Below are positions 31,815-42,217 of a DNA stretch of 64,000 nucleotides, piece after piece. Positions within the stretch are counted from its first letter, which is position 1; each line of letters starts with the position of its first letter. Under the pieces are notes generated by a model. It was not told the DNA's origin, did not search any database, and was given only the letters and a program-made list of their open reading frames with translations. The DNA is from an uncultured Candidatus Rokubacteria bacterium. Its GTDB lineage: Bacteria > Methylomirabilota > Methylomirabilia > Rokubacteriales > CSP1-6. The translations under genes were made by a program, and so were the position numbers. The stretch is taken from positions 704,001 through 768,000 of the forward strand of contig CAVWFS010000019.1 of the NCBI GenBank assembly GCA_963754315.1, given 5' to 3'.

Positions 31815-31993
31815 GATCGAGGGTGCCCGTCCGGCGCCCCGAACGTCGGGGTCGCCAGGCCGAAACAGTGTCGGGGGCGCGCCCAGGTTTGGGGCCGTCG
31901 AGGCCGAAATGTCAACGTAAGATCGAGGGGTGCCACGGGTCTCCCCGGGGCGCCCCGAACGCGGGGGGTTTGGGGGGCCGCCGAGGCCCCCCA
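31815..31993 (-). repeat. Dispersed double-hairpin repeat: decayed copy (31815-31905) plus intact copy (31921-31993)
   Basis: GATCGAGGGGTGCCACGGG..GGCGCCCCGAACGCGGGGGGTTTGGGGGGCC..GGCCCCCC is the reverse complement of the 11179 element. Confidence 0.75.
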
Positions 31994-32030
31994 TGATGAA
32001 CAGATGAACCACGGAAAGGAGCCTGGGTAA

Positions 32031-33080
32031 ATGAACGCGACCGAAGTCGCTCCCGTCCGGCTCAGCAGTCTCGCTCACGGGGGTGGATGCGGCTGTAAGC
32101 TCGCACCGGCCGTGCTCGAACAGATCATCGCCAAGACCGCCGGTGTCGTGCCCCGCGGCTTGCTGGTAGGCATTGAAACGAGCGACGATGCTGCCGTCTA
32201 CCAGATCAACGAGCGGCAGGCCATTGTGGCCACCACCGACTTCTTCATGCCCATCGTCGACGATCCCTTCGATTTCGGCGCTATCGCTGCCACCAATGCC
32301 ATCTCGGACGTCTATGCGATGGGCGGCACCCCGCTCTTCGCTCTGGCCCTGGTTGGGATGCCCATCGACAAGCTCCCGGTGGAAACCATCCGCCGGATCC
32401 TCGAAGGCGGTGAATCCGTATGTCAGCGCGTGGGCATCCCGATCGCGGGCGGCCATAGCATCGACTCCGTGGAGCCCATCTATGGGCTGGTAGCCATCGG
32501 ACTCGTCGACCCAGCGCATCTCAAGCGCAACGCCGACGCCAGACCCGGTGATCGCATCATCCTCGGCAAGGCGCTCGGTGTCGGTATCTACAGCGCCGCC
32601 CTCAAGCAAGATCGGATCACCGACACACAATATCGGGCCATGATTGCCAGCACGACCAAGCTCAACACGCCTGGAGCTCGACTGGCCCGGCTGCAGGGTG
32701 TCCACGCCCTCACCGATGTGACCGGTTTCGGGCTGCTTGGCCATCTGCTCGAGGTGTGCAGGGGTTCAAAAGTGCATGCCAACATCCGGTGGAGCGCTGT
32801 ACCGATGCTTCCCGAGGTGCTCGACCTAGCCGGTCGTGGCTACGTCACGGGTGCGTCGGGACGCAACTGGGCTGGATACGGATCACTGGTCGACCTCAAT
32901 GGCCTCGGAAAGACCGAACAGGCCCTGCTGACCGATCCCCAGACGAGTGGAGGACTGCTGGCGACTTGCGCCCCGGACGCTGTGGACGAGGTGTTGCAGA
33001 TTTTCCGCTCTGAGGGTTTCGAACGCGCCACGGTGATCGGCGAGGTCGCGGTGGGCGCGCCTGGCGTCACGGTACTATGA
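32031..33080 (+). CDS. selD: Selenide, water dikinase (selenophosphate synthetase), Cys form
   Basis: HGGGCGCKL, DDAAVY, TTDFFMPIVDDPFDFG, TDVTGFGLLGH, DPQTSGGLL; AGGAG RBS. Confidence 0.96.
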   Translation: MNATEVAPVRLSSLAHGGGCGCKLAPAVLEQIIAKTAGVVPRGLLVGIETSDDAAVYQINERQAIVATTDFFMPIVDDPFDFGAIAATNAISDVYAMGGTPLFALALVGMPIDKLPVETIRRILEGGESVCQRVGIPIAGGHSIDSVEPIYGLVAIGLVDPAHLKRNADARPGDRIILGKALGVGIYSAALKQDRITDTQYRAMIASTTKLNTPGARLARLQGVHALTDVTGFGLLGHLLEVCRGSKVHANIRWSAVPMLPEVLDLAGRGYVTGASGRNWAGYGSLVDLNGLGKTEQALLTDPQTSGGLLATCAPDAVDEVLQIFRSEGFERATVIGEVAVGAPGVTVL

Positions 33081-33128
33081 TCCAGGCCCTCTCCCCATCA
33101 CGGTCGAGACAGGAGTGATATCAGCGCC

Positions 33129-34355
33129 ATGAAGACGCTCAAGGAACTCATCGCCGAGGCCCGGGCTGCGGTCCCGGAAGAGGGGCCGAGCGACCTGCAG
33201 CGCCGCCTGACAGCCGGCGAGCCGGTCACCATCATCGACGTGCGCGATCCGGACGAGTATCGCGAGGGACACATCGAGCCTGCCACCAACATCAGTCGCG
33301 GTTTCCTCGAGTTCCGGATCGGTAGCGCGGTTGCGGATTCTGCGACCCCCATCGTCCTCTATTGCCAGACCGGACTTCGTTCCGTGCTGGCGGCCAAGGC
33401 CCTCCAGGATCTCGGCTACCGCAACGTGATCAACCTGCAGGGCGGCTTCCAGAAGTGGGCTCAGTCAGGACTCCCAGTGGTCAAAGACGTAGCCATGACC
33501 ACCGAGCAGATCCAGCGCTACAGCCGACACTTCTTGCTGAACCAGGTGGGGGAGAAGGGGCAGCGCAAGCTGCTTCGCTCAAAGACCTTGCTCATCGGCG
33601 CCGGCGGGCTCGGATCCCCGACGGCGCTCTATCTGGCCGCCGCCGGGGTGGGAACGCTCGGGCTCATGGATGGCGACAGCGTCGACATCACCAATCTGCA
33701 GCGCCAGATCTTGCACACCACCGCCGACATCGGCAAACCCAAGGTCGAGTCTGGGACGCGAACCTTGAAGGCGCTCAACCCGGACATGAATATCGTGTCC
33801 CTGCCCACGCGCATCACCGTGGACAACGTGATGGACATCATCCAGGACTACGACCTCGTCGTGGACGGCTCGGACAATTTCGAGACGCGCTACCTCGTGA
33901 ACGACGCCTGCTATCTGGCCGGCAAGACCAACGTCCACGGGTCGATCTTTCAGTTCGAGGGGATGGCCTCCGTCTTTGCTCCCAACCAGGGGCCGTGCTA
34001 TCGCTGCCTCTATCCGTCGCCACCCCCGCCGGGTCTCGTACCCTCCTGAAGCGAGGCTGGCGTCCTGGGCGTGCTCCCAGGAGTGATCGGATTGATCCAG
34101 GCCACCGAGGCCGTGAAGCTCCTGCTCGGAATCGGGGAGCCGCTGATCGGCCGACTCCTCACGTACGATGCGCTCGGCATGCGCTTCCGGGAAGTGCGCC
34201 TGCGCCGCGACCCCAAGTGCCCCCTGTGCGGGACGTCCCCCACCATCAAGGATCTGTCGATCCATCGGCCCGGGGGAGACGCATCCGCTGCGGAGGACAG
34301 GAACGGTACGGGCGAACCCGCTCTCGCCGGGACTCCCGCGCGGGCGGGGGGTTGA
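33129..34355 (+). CDS. moeB: Rhodanese-MoeB/ThiF adenylyltransferase fusion, probable selenoprotein (Sec at TGA 34047-34049), about 408 aa
   Basis: Rhodanese (IDVRDPDEY, LYCQTGLRS), then RYSRH, GAGGLGS, CYRC; TGA at the conserved Cys of PS[C]xEAGVLG; the same frame continues with QATEAVK and CPLC. Confidence 0.88.
34050..34090 (+). promoter_or_regulatory. Putative bacterial SECIS element
   Basis: 7-bp stem TCCTGGG(34063-69)/CCCAGGA(34076-82) with loop CGTGCT starting 20 nt after the UGA; G at second loop position. Confidence 0.65.
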
Positions 34356-34369
34356 GGGGAGGACCTGAC

Positions 34370-34870
34370 GTGACACGCCACGCCAGCGCCGATCTTTCGC
34401 CACAGCTGGTCGAACGATTGTCGCAGGGCGACCTGAGAAAGCGCCTCGGAGTGGTGTTGCCTTTCGTGACCGTGGACGGCGATGGGTTTGCGCATCCGAT
34501 GCTGCTCTCCTATCTGGAGGTGCGCGCCTACGATGCTGGAACTCTCGGGCTCGTCATCCAGCGGCGTAGCGCGAGCGCACGCAACCTGGCCCAGCGTGGG
34601 ACGGGGACGTTGCTGGTAGTCGAGCCGGACATGACCGTGTACGTGAAGACCCGCCTCGTCGACGGGCCCCAGGATGTCCCGGGCGGCGAGGAGTTCGGGC
34701 TCGGCTACTTCCTACTTGGTGTGGAGGGCGTGCTGGAAGATGCGCCGACTGACTGGGAGGCGGGCATGGGCATCACAGCTGCCTCGCAGTATCGACCCCT
34801 CCCCACGCTTGGTGAGCCCTGGGCGCTGGCCACGCTCGCCGCCCTGGCGACGCCCCGCGCCCGCGCGTAG
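34370..34870 (+). CDS. Pyridoxamine 5'-phosphate oxidase-like FMN-binding split-barrel protein
   Basis: TVDGDGFAHPMLLS, SASARNL; GGAGG RBS before GTG at 34370. Confidence 0.7.
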   Translation: MTRHASADLSPQLVERLSQGDLRKRLGVVLPFVTVDGDGFAHPMLLSYLEVRAYDAGTLGLVIQRRSASARNLAQRGTGTLLVVEPDMTVYVKTRLVDGPQDVPGGEEFGLGYFLLGVEGVLEDAPTDWEAGMGITAASQYRPLPTLGEPWALATLAALATPRARA

Positions 34871-34882
34871 TCGTTTGCCACA

Positions 34883-34959
34883 TGGGGGGCCCCGACATGG
34901 CCCCCCATACCCCCCAAACGCTCGGACCCGCCCCGGGGAACCCGGGGCGGGCCTCGATC
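34883..34959 (+). repeat. Dispersed double-hairpin repeat copy between convergent genes
   Basis: TGGGGGGCCCCGACATGGCCCCCCA..CCCCCC..CGCTCGG..CCCGCCCCGGG-GAA-CCCGGGGCGGG..CCTCGATC. Confidence 0.8.
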
Positions 34960-34967
34960 ACACGGGG

Positions 34968-36044
<1,077 letters not shown>

Positions 36045-36085
36045 GCGATACCTCCCGTTCACAGATCCTTCAGTATAGCGCGCCC

Positions 36086-36610
36086 TCAGCGACTCACCTC
36101 GCGCACGAGATGTGGCAGCTCAGGGATGAGGAGTTTCTCTAGCGCCAACCGGCAGGCGTTGGGGGACCCCGGCAGGGAAACGACGATACGCCGGGAATGG
36201 ATCCCCATCTGGGCACGGGAGAGCATGGCGGCTGCCCCCACCTCCTGATAGGAGAGCATCCGGAACAGCTCGCCGAACCCGGGCAGTCGCTTCTCGAGGA
36301 GCGCCTCCACCGCTTCGAAGGTTGAATCACGCGAGGTGATTCCGGTACCCCCGGTGAGGATCACTGCGTTCACCTCGGGATGCCGGCAGGCCTCCCGGAC
36401 TGTTCGTTGCACGTCGACGGGTTCGTCCCGGACGATGGCGCTAGCGATCACAGGATGCCCAGCCGCCGCCAGCAGCTCGCGGATCAAGGCTCCGCTGGTG
36501 TCGGTTTCTAGTGTCTTCGTGTCGGAGATCGTCAGCACGAAACAACCCACGGTGGACGGCGCAGTAGCCTTGTGCTCGCGGGGCGTCCCGGCTGCGTCGT
36601 GGGGGCTCAC
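36086..36610 (-). CDS. moaB: Molybdenum cofactor biosynthesis protein MoaB/Mog
   Basis: LTISDT, DTSG, TGGTGITSRD, PGFGELFR, SLPGS; GTG overlaps the glcF stop. Confidence 0.88.
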   Translation of the reverse strand: MSPHDAAGTPREHKATAPSTVGCFVLTISDTKTLETDTSGALIRELLAAAGHPVIASAIVRDEPVDVQRTVREACRHPEVNAVILTGGTGITSRDSTFEAVEALLEKRLPGFGELFRMLSYQEVGAAAMLSRAQMGIHSRRIVVSLPGSPNACRLALEKLLIPELPHLVREVSR

Positions 36611-37927
36611 CGACCGGTGCCGTAAGCGCGGTCCAGCAACTCGACGATGTGCATCACGCGGATGGGCGAGCCGCGCGCGCGTAACCCTTTCTCGATCTGC
36701 AAGATGCAGCCCGGGTTCGCCGTCACCACGGCTTCGGCCCCGGTGGCGAGGACGTGGTCGACCTTGCGCCGGAGCAGACGGTCGGCCATCTCGGGCTCGG
36801 TGAGGTTGTAGATGCCGGCCGAGCCGCAGCACCAATCGGACTCGACCAGAGGAACCACCTTCAACGAGGGAACCTGCGCCAGGAGCTGGCGCGGCTGAGT
36901 CCTTATCTTCTGGCCGTGTACCACGTGACACGGATCGTGGTAGGCGACGGTCATCGGAACCGGTTCAAGCGGCCCGCTCAGGGGCGCTCGGGCCAGGAAC
37001 TCGGAGATGTCTTGCACGCTCGCGGCGAAATGCCGGGCACGCTCCGCGTACGCAGGATCGTTCTCGAGCAGGGCACCGTACGCTTTCATGTGGGCGCCAC
37101 ACCCCGAGGTGTTCACCACCACGGCGTCCACGCGTTGCCCCTGGAAGACGTCAATCGTGCGTCGAGCCAGCTCGAGCGCCCGCCCGTGGTCGCCTCCGTG
37201 AGCGTTCAGAGCTCCGCAGCATCCCTGGGTGGGCGGCACGACAACCTCAACGCCGTTCCGTGCCAAGACTCTGGCCGTGGCGCGATTGTGCGGGCCGAAG
37301 ACTACGGACTGGACACACCCCGTGAGCAACGCAACGCGAGCGCGACGCGCCCCTACCGGCCGGGATCAACGGGGGTAGCGAAGCTCGATCGGCCGCCGCG
37401 GGAATGGTCGGCGTCAGGGCCTCCCAGGCCGGCAAGGTGCCCGGAAGCAGACGAACCAGCCCGGTGGCCCTGGCCAGCGCCTGCATCCCGGTCGCCTGGT
37501 AGAAGCGAAGCCCGGCCGCGGCGGCCCGCAACAGCGTAGGCCGGCCGAGCAACAAGCCGAAATTGAGGGTCCGGAACAACCGACGCACGAGCCCACCCGG
37601 CCGCTGGTGCTCGATCTCGGCTTTGGCCGCCTCGATCAGGCGGCCATAGGGCACGCCGGCGGGACAGACGGTCTCGCATGCGCGGCAGTCGAGGCACAGC
37701 GACAGATGGCGCACGGTGGAGTCGGACAGTGCGATGCGTCCCTCGGCAAGCGATTTGATCAGAAAGATGCGGCCGCGGGGCGAGTCCATCTCGGTTCCGA
37801 GCTCCGAGAAGGTCGGGCAGTAAGCGAGACAAAGCCCGCAGTGCACGCACTGGTTGACACCCTCGACCGACATACCTCGAAGGGAGAGCGGCGCGGCCCG
37901 AGTCGGAGGATCGGCAGCCACGTGCAC
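36607..37927 (-). CDS. glcF: Glycolate oxidase iron-sulfur subunit (+1 frameshift near 37356)
   Basis: CVHCGLCLAYCPT, CLDCRACETVCP; two CCG domains (GCCGA, YHDPCH, WCCGSAGIYN). Confidence 0.88.
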
Positions 37928-37944
37928 GGTCTCGGTCGTCCCCT

Positions 37945-39258
37945 TCAGATGCCGGCCACGAAGCGGCCGGGGTTGAGGATGCCCTTGGGATCGAGCTGGG
38001 CCTTGATACGCTGCATGACCCGACCCGCTGCCCCGAGGTCGTCCCATACCGGGGTCTCGGCCTTCACGGCCAACGGCGCCCATTCGAGCGTCGCGTGTCC
38101 TCCGCCAGAGCGCGCCAGGCCGCGCCATTCCGCCAGGACCGTCGCGACCGCCTTCAGCTCGGGTCGATCGCTGGGTGAAACGAGCGCCGCGGTGACCACA
38201 CCCACTCCCGCATGGGACGTCCACGCCGCCTGGAGTCCTCGCTGCCGCGCCGCGCCCGCGCCGTGCTCCATCAACTCGGTGACCAGGGCGGGAAGCACGC
38301 TAAAGCGCGCAATGGCCACCAGGCCCCTGCTCGACATCCAGGTGGGCTCGGGCCTGAGAACCGCCGAGTCTGGAAGAGGAACCACACCGTGACCGCCGAG
38401 GGGCGTGGTGACGGCAGCCAACTCGGTGCATTGCCAATCGACCTGCTCCGGCAAACCGTCGAAGGCAACGAGCAGGGTGGGCGCGCCCTCGAGGCCGAGG
38501 GCACGACTGGCCTCGGCATCGAGCAACTCGATCGCGGTGGCGATGAGATCGGCTCCCATGATCGCCCGCACGGCCACCCCTGCATCCTTCAGGTGATCGA
38601 ATCGAACACGAACCCAACGCTCCGTGTCCGGCAGAGGACGGAGCCGCACGGTCAGCTCGACGATCACGCCGAGCGTTCCGTACGAGCCCACGAATAGCTT
38701 CGGCAAGTCATAGCCGGCAACGTTCTTGACGACCTTGCCGCCGCCGCGCACGAGAGCACCCTCGGCGGTCACGACGGTGACGCCGATGAGCTGATCGCGG
38801 GCGGTACCGTAGAGGTGCCGCCGTGGGCCCGATGCGTTCGCGGCGATGACACCTCCGAGGGTCGCTCGATCGGCATCGGGCGGATCGAGCGAGAGCCACT
38901 GCCCCCTCTCCTGCAGCGCCGTCTGAAGCCGCTTGACGGTCATGCCGGCCTGGACAGTCGCTGTCAGGTCGCCCGGCACGTGCTCCAGGAGCCGGTCCAG
39001 ACGGGCGAGCCCGAGAACGATCCCTGTGCGGGCAGGCGGCGTGCCGACGCCGACGGCCGTGCCGCCTCCCCAGGGCATCAACGGAGTTTCTGTCTCGGCG
39101 GCGAGCGCAACCACGCTCTGCACTTCGTCCACCGAGCCTGGAAAGACAGCGACGTCGGGTGTGCGGCCCTCCACCACGTACGAGGACAGTTCGATGCCGG
39201 TGAGGACGTGGGCTCCCCCGACAATGCCGCGAAGCTTATCGAGAATCGCCGGCTGCAC
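37945..39258 (-). CDS. glcE: Glycolate oxidase FAD-binding subunit
   Basis: ATLGGVIAAN.SGPRR, GGKVVKNVAGYDL.KL, DPKGILNPGRF. Confidence 0.85.
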   Translation of the reverse strand: MQPAILDKLRGIVGGAHVLTGIELSSYVVEGRTPDVAVFPGSVDEVQSVVALAAETETPLMPWGGGTAVGVGTPPARTGIVLGLARLDRLLEHVPGDLTATVQAGMTVKRLQTALQERGQWLSLDPPDADRATLGGVIAANASGPRRHLYGTARDQLIGVTVVTAEGALVRGGGKVVKNVAGYDLPKLFVGSYGTLGVIVELTVRLRPLPDTERWVRVRFDHLKDAGVAVRAIMGADLIATAIELLDAEASRALGLEGAPTLLVAFDGLPEQVDWQCTELAAVTTPLGGHGVVPLPDSAVLRPEPTWMSSRGLVAIARFSVLPALVTELMEHGAGAARQRGLQAAWTSHAGVGVVTAALVSPSDRPELKAVATVLAEWRGLARSGGGHATLEWAPLAVKAETPVWDDLGAAGRVMQRIKAQLDPKGILNPGRFVAGI

Positions 39259-39279
39259 GGAGCCGCAACCAGCCCGCGC

Positions 39280-40755
39280 CTAGAAGCGCTGGGCGAGACC
39301 CTTCTCTTCGATGGCGTGGGGCTTGTAGGCCACCGGTCCCACTTCGACGCAGGATTTCTTGGTGGGAAAGACCTTGCCGGGGTTGCAAAGCCCGCCGGGA
39401 TTGAAGGCACTCTTGAGACGCTGCATGAAGTCGAGATCCGTCGCCGAGAAGATGAAGGGCATGAAGTCGGCCTTCTCGAGCCCGATTCCATGCTCTCCGG
39501 AGATCGAACCACCGACTTCGGCGCACACGCGCATGATCTCGGCGCCCGCTTCCACCACCCGCGACTCCTCCCCGGGTTTGCGCGGATCGTAGAGGATATT
39601 CGGGTGCAGATTACCGTCCCCGGCGTGAAAGACGTTTCCCACTCGGAGCCCGTGCGCAGCCACGATCTCGTTCACGCGGCGCAAGACGTAGGGCAGCTTG
39701 GTCCGTGGGATCACTCCGTCCATCACCATGTAGGCGGGCGAGACGCGGCCATACGCGCCGAAGGCCGACTTGCGCCCCTTCCACAGCAGCTGGCGCTCGG
39801 CTTCGTCCTGGGCCGTGCGAACCTCGCGGGCCCCGGAGTCCCGACACGCTTGCACGATTCGCTCCGTCTGCGCCGCCATACCTACCGCGAGCCCGTCGAG
39901 CTCGATCAGGAGGGCAGCGGCCGCATCGCGGGGATAGCCGCAATCGAAGGCATCCTCCACGGCCTGGATCGTCAGCTGGTCGATCATCTCCATGGCGGCC
40001 GGCACCAGACCACGCGCGATGACGGCTGACACCGCCTCCGACGCCTGGTCGGCCTCGTCGAAGACGGCGAGCACCGTCTTCACCGCTTGAGGCTTCTTCA
40101 GGATCCGCACGACGACAGTGGTCGCGATCCCGAAGGTTCCTTCCGAGCCTACGAACAGACCGGCCAGGTCGTAGCCAGGCGCTTCGCGCGTCTTGCCTCC
40201 CAGCCACACCACTTCCCCATCCGGCATGACGACCTCGAGCCCCAGCACATGGTTGGTGGTGACGCCATACTTGAGGGTATGCGGGCCCCCAGAGTTCTCG
40301 GCGATATTGCCGCCGATGGTGCACGCCTGCTGGCTCGACGGATCGGGGGCGTAGTAATAGCCGCGCGGAGCCACCGCCCAGGACAGGTGCAGATTGACCA
40401 GCCCCGGCTGGACCACGGCGATCTGGTTCTCGTAGTCGACCTCGAGCACACGGTTCATTCGCATGAGGGAGATGACGATGCCTCCCTCGGTCGGCAGGCA
40501 CCCACCCGACAGCCCCGTTCCTGCCCCCCGCGCCACGAACGGCAGCGCCTCACGATTGGCCAGCTTGACGATAGCGGCCACCTGAGCCGTCTCGCGGGGA
40601 AAGACCACGAAATCAGCAAGGGCTCGAAACAGGGTCAGTCCGTCAGACTCGTACGTCAGGAGCTCGTCGGGGTCGGAGAGGACGCTCCCCTGCCCGACGA
40701 TACGCTCGAGCTCCTGCCGCAAGGAGACTCGACCCGTATCGGTCAAGGCGGTCAT
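39280..40755 (-). CDS. glcD: Glycolate oxidase FAD-linked subunit
   Basis: RGAGTGLSGG, YAPDPSSQ, HAGDGNLHP, GEHGIG.EK. Confidence 0.9.
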   Translation of the reverse strand: MTALTDTGRVSLRQELERIVGQGSVLSDPDELLTYESDGLTLFRALADFVVFPRETAQVAAIVKLANREALPFVARGAGTGLSGGCLPTEGGIVISLMRMNRVLEVDYENQIAVVQPGLVNLHLSWAVAPRGYYYAPDPSSQQACTIGGNIAENSGGPHTLKYGVTTNHVLGLEVVMPDGEVVWLGGKTREAPGYDLAGLFVGSEGTFGIATTVVVRILKKPQAVKTVLAVFDEADQASEAVSAVIARGLVPAAMEMIDQLTIQAVEDAFDCGYPRDAAAALLIELDGLAVGMAAQTERIVQACRDSGAREVRTAQDEAERQLLWKGRKSAFGAYGRVSPAYMVMDGVIPRTKLPYVLRRVNEIVAAHGLRVGNVFHAGDGNLHPNILYDPRKPGEESRVVEAGAEIMRVCAEVGGSISGEHGIGLEKADFMPFIFSATDLDFMQRLKSAFNPGGLCNPGKVFPTKKSCVEVGPVAYKPHAIEEKGLAQRF

Positions 40756-40792
40756 GTGCTCGCAGTATACTCGCACGCCGAGGGGGAATGCC

Positions 40793-42085
40793 ATGCGTGA
40801 CTACCTGAAGAGGGCCGTCCAGCAGCCGCCCGAGTCGGACGAGGCCGTCCGTGCCGTCGTGGCCGAGGTGCTGGCTGCCGTTCGCCGGCAGGGGGACGTC
40901 GCCGTGCGACGCTATTCCGAGCAGTTCGACCGATGGGCACCCTCGAGCTTTCGCTTGTCCGGGGAGGACATGGAACGGTCGATGGCGGCTGTGAGCGCCG
41001 CCGATCGCGCCGAGATCGACTACTGCCGGGACCAGATCGCGACCTTCGCCCGACACCAGCGCGAGAGCATGGGTGAGTTCGAGGTCGAGCAACAACCTGG
41101 CATCGTCCTGGGACAGCGCCTGATCCCAGTCGATTCGGTGGGAGCGTACGTTCCGGGCGGCCGTTACCCGCTTGTCGCCTCCGCCCTCATGAGCATTACC
41201 ACAGCCAAGGTCGCCGGTGTGCGTCGGGTGATCGCCTGCTCGCCGCCGAGCCCTCAAGGGCCCGCGAACCCAGTCCGTGGCATCTATCCGGCCACCCTCT
41301 ATGCGATGGTGTCGGCTGGCGTCGACGAGGTCTTCTGCCTGGGTGGCGTACAGGCGCTGGCGGCGATGGCGTTCGGGACCGAGAGCCTTCCCAAGGTCGA
41401 TATGGTCGTCGGCCCCGGCAACCAGTATGTCGCCGAGGCCAAGCGCCAGATCTTTGGTGCGGTAGGTATCGACCTTCTCGCGGGCCCGACCGAGATCCTG
41501 GTGATTGCCGACGAGAGCGCCGACCCGGTCGTGGTCGCCTGTGACCTGCTCGGCCAGGCCGAGCACGGACCGACCTCGCCTGCGATCCTCGTCACAACCT
41601 CGATGTCGCTCGGGCAGGCGGTGCTGCTCGAGGTCGAGCGTCAGCTCCCCGCGCTGGCCACGCGCGAGGTCGCGGGCCAGGCGTGGCAGAACAATGGCGA
41701 GGTGATCGTGGTGGACAGCGACGAAGAGGCGGTCCGGGTCGCCGACGAGCACGCGCCCGAGCACCTTGAGATCCAGACGCGGCGTGACGAGTGGTACCTG
41801 TCGCAACTTCGCAACTACGGGTCACTGTTCGTGGGGGAAGCGGCGACCGTCGCCTACTCCGACAAGACTGTCGGCCCCAACCACATCCTCCCGACCGGCC
41901 GCGCGGCCCGCTACACGGGTGGGCTGTGGGTGGGAAAGTTCATCAAGACCGTGACGTATCAGCGCCTGACCCCCGCCGCCAGCGCGAAAGTGGCACCCAC
42001 AGTGGCCCGCATTTGCGAGATCGAAGGCATGATGGCCCACAAGGCCACGGCCGACCTGCGCGAGCGCCGCTATTCGGGTCGATAG
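40793..42085 (+). CDS. hisD: Histidinol dehydrogenase family protein, HpsN (sulfopropanediol 3-dehydrogenase)-like
   Basis: YVPGGRYP, GPGNQYV, QAEH, APEHL, SDKTVGPNHILPT, YTGGLWVGKF. Confidence 0.8.
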   Translation: MRDYLKRAVQQPPESDEAVRAVVAEVLAAVRRQGDVAVRRYSEQFDRWAPSSFRLSGEDMERSMAAVSAADRAEIDYCRDQIATFARHQRESMGEFEVEQQPGIVLGQRLIPVDSVGAYVPGGRYPLVASALMSITTAKVAGVRRVIACSPPSPQGPANPVRGIYPATLYAMVSAGVDEVFCLGGVQALAAMAFGTESLPKVDMVVGPGNQYVAEAKRQIFGAVGIDLLAGPTEILVIADESADPVVVACDLLGQAEHGPTSPAILVTTSMSLGQAVLLEVERQLPALATREVAGQAWQNNGEVIVVDSDEEAVRVADEHAPEHLEIQTRRDEWYLSQLRNYGSLFVGEAATVAYSDKTVGPNHILPTGRAARYTGGLWVGKFIKTVTYQRLTPAASAKVAPTVARICEIEGMMAHKATADLRERRYSGR

Positions 42086-42146
42086 AAATCGGGGCCTCGA
42101 GGGCTCCCCTGCCTCCCTGCTCGGGGGGCTTCTGAGTCCCATGTAC

Positions 42147-42175
42147 TTGACGCGGGGCCGGAAGGCGTCGATAGT
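42147..42175 (+). promoter_or_regulatory. sigma70-like promoter for the ABC operon
   Basis: TTGACG, 17 nt, GATAGT; GAGGAGG RBS downstream. Confidence 0.45.
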
Positions 42176-42217
42176 CCAGTCATACAAGCGGCAACCTCAT
42201 TGAGGAGGCTCCTCGCA

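Noticed and set aside
31690..31830. tRNA-Sec (selC) or a known riboswitch upstream of selD
   Set aside because: No cloverleaf with a UCA anticodon or T-loop; the Moco, SAH, SAM, TPP and cobalamin core motifs I recall are not matched
32079..32099. Selenocysteine in the SelD active site
   Set aside because: Codons are TGC-GGC-TGT (CGC), so this is the Cys form
33078..33128. Readthrough of the selD TGA into moeB
   Set aside because: The TGA falls at the normal SelD C-terminus, moeB has its own AGGAG RBS, and the frame meets another TGA at 33117
33362..34369. 502-aa ORF 33362..34870 as a single gene
   Set aside because: The first ~336 codons are an off-frame shadow of moeB; only the part from GTG 34370 looks like a real protein
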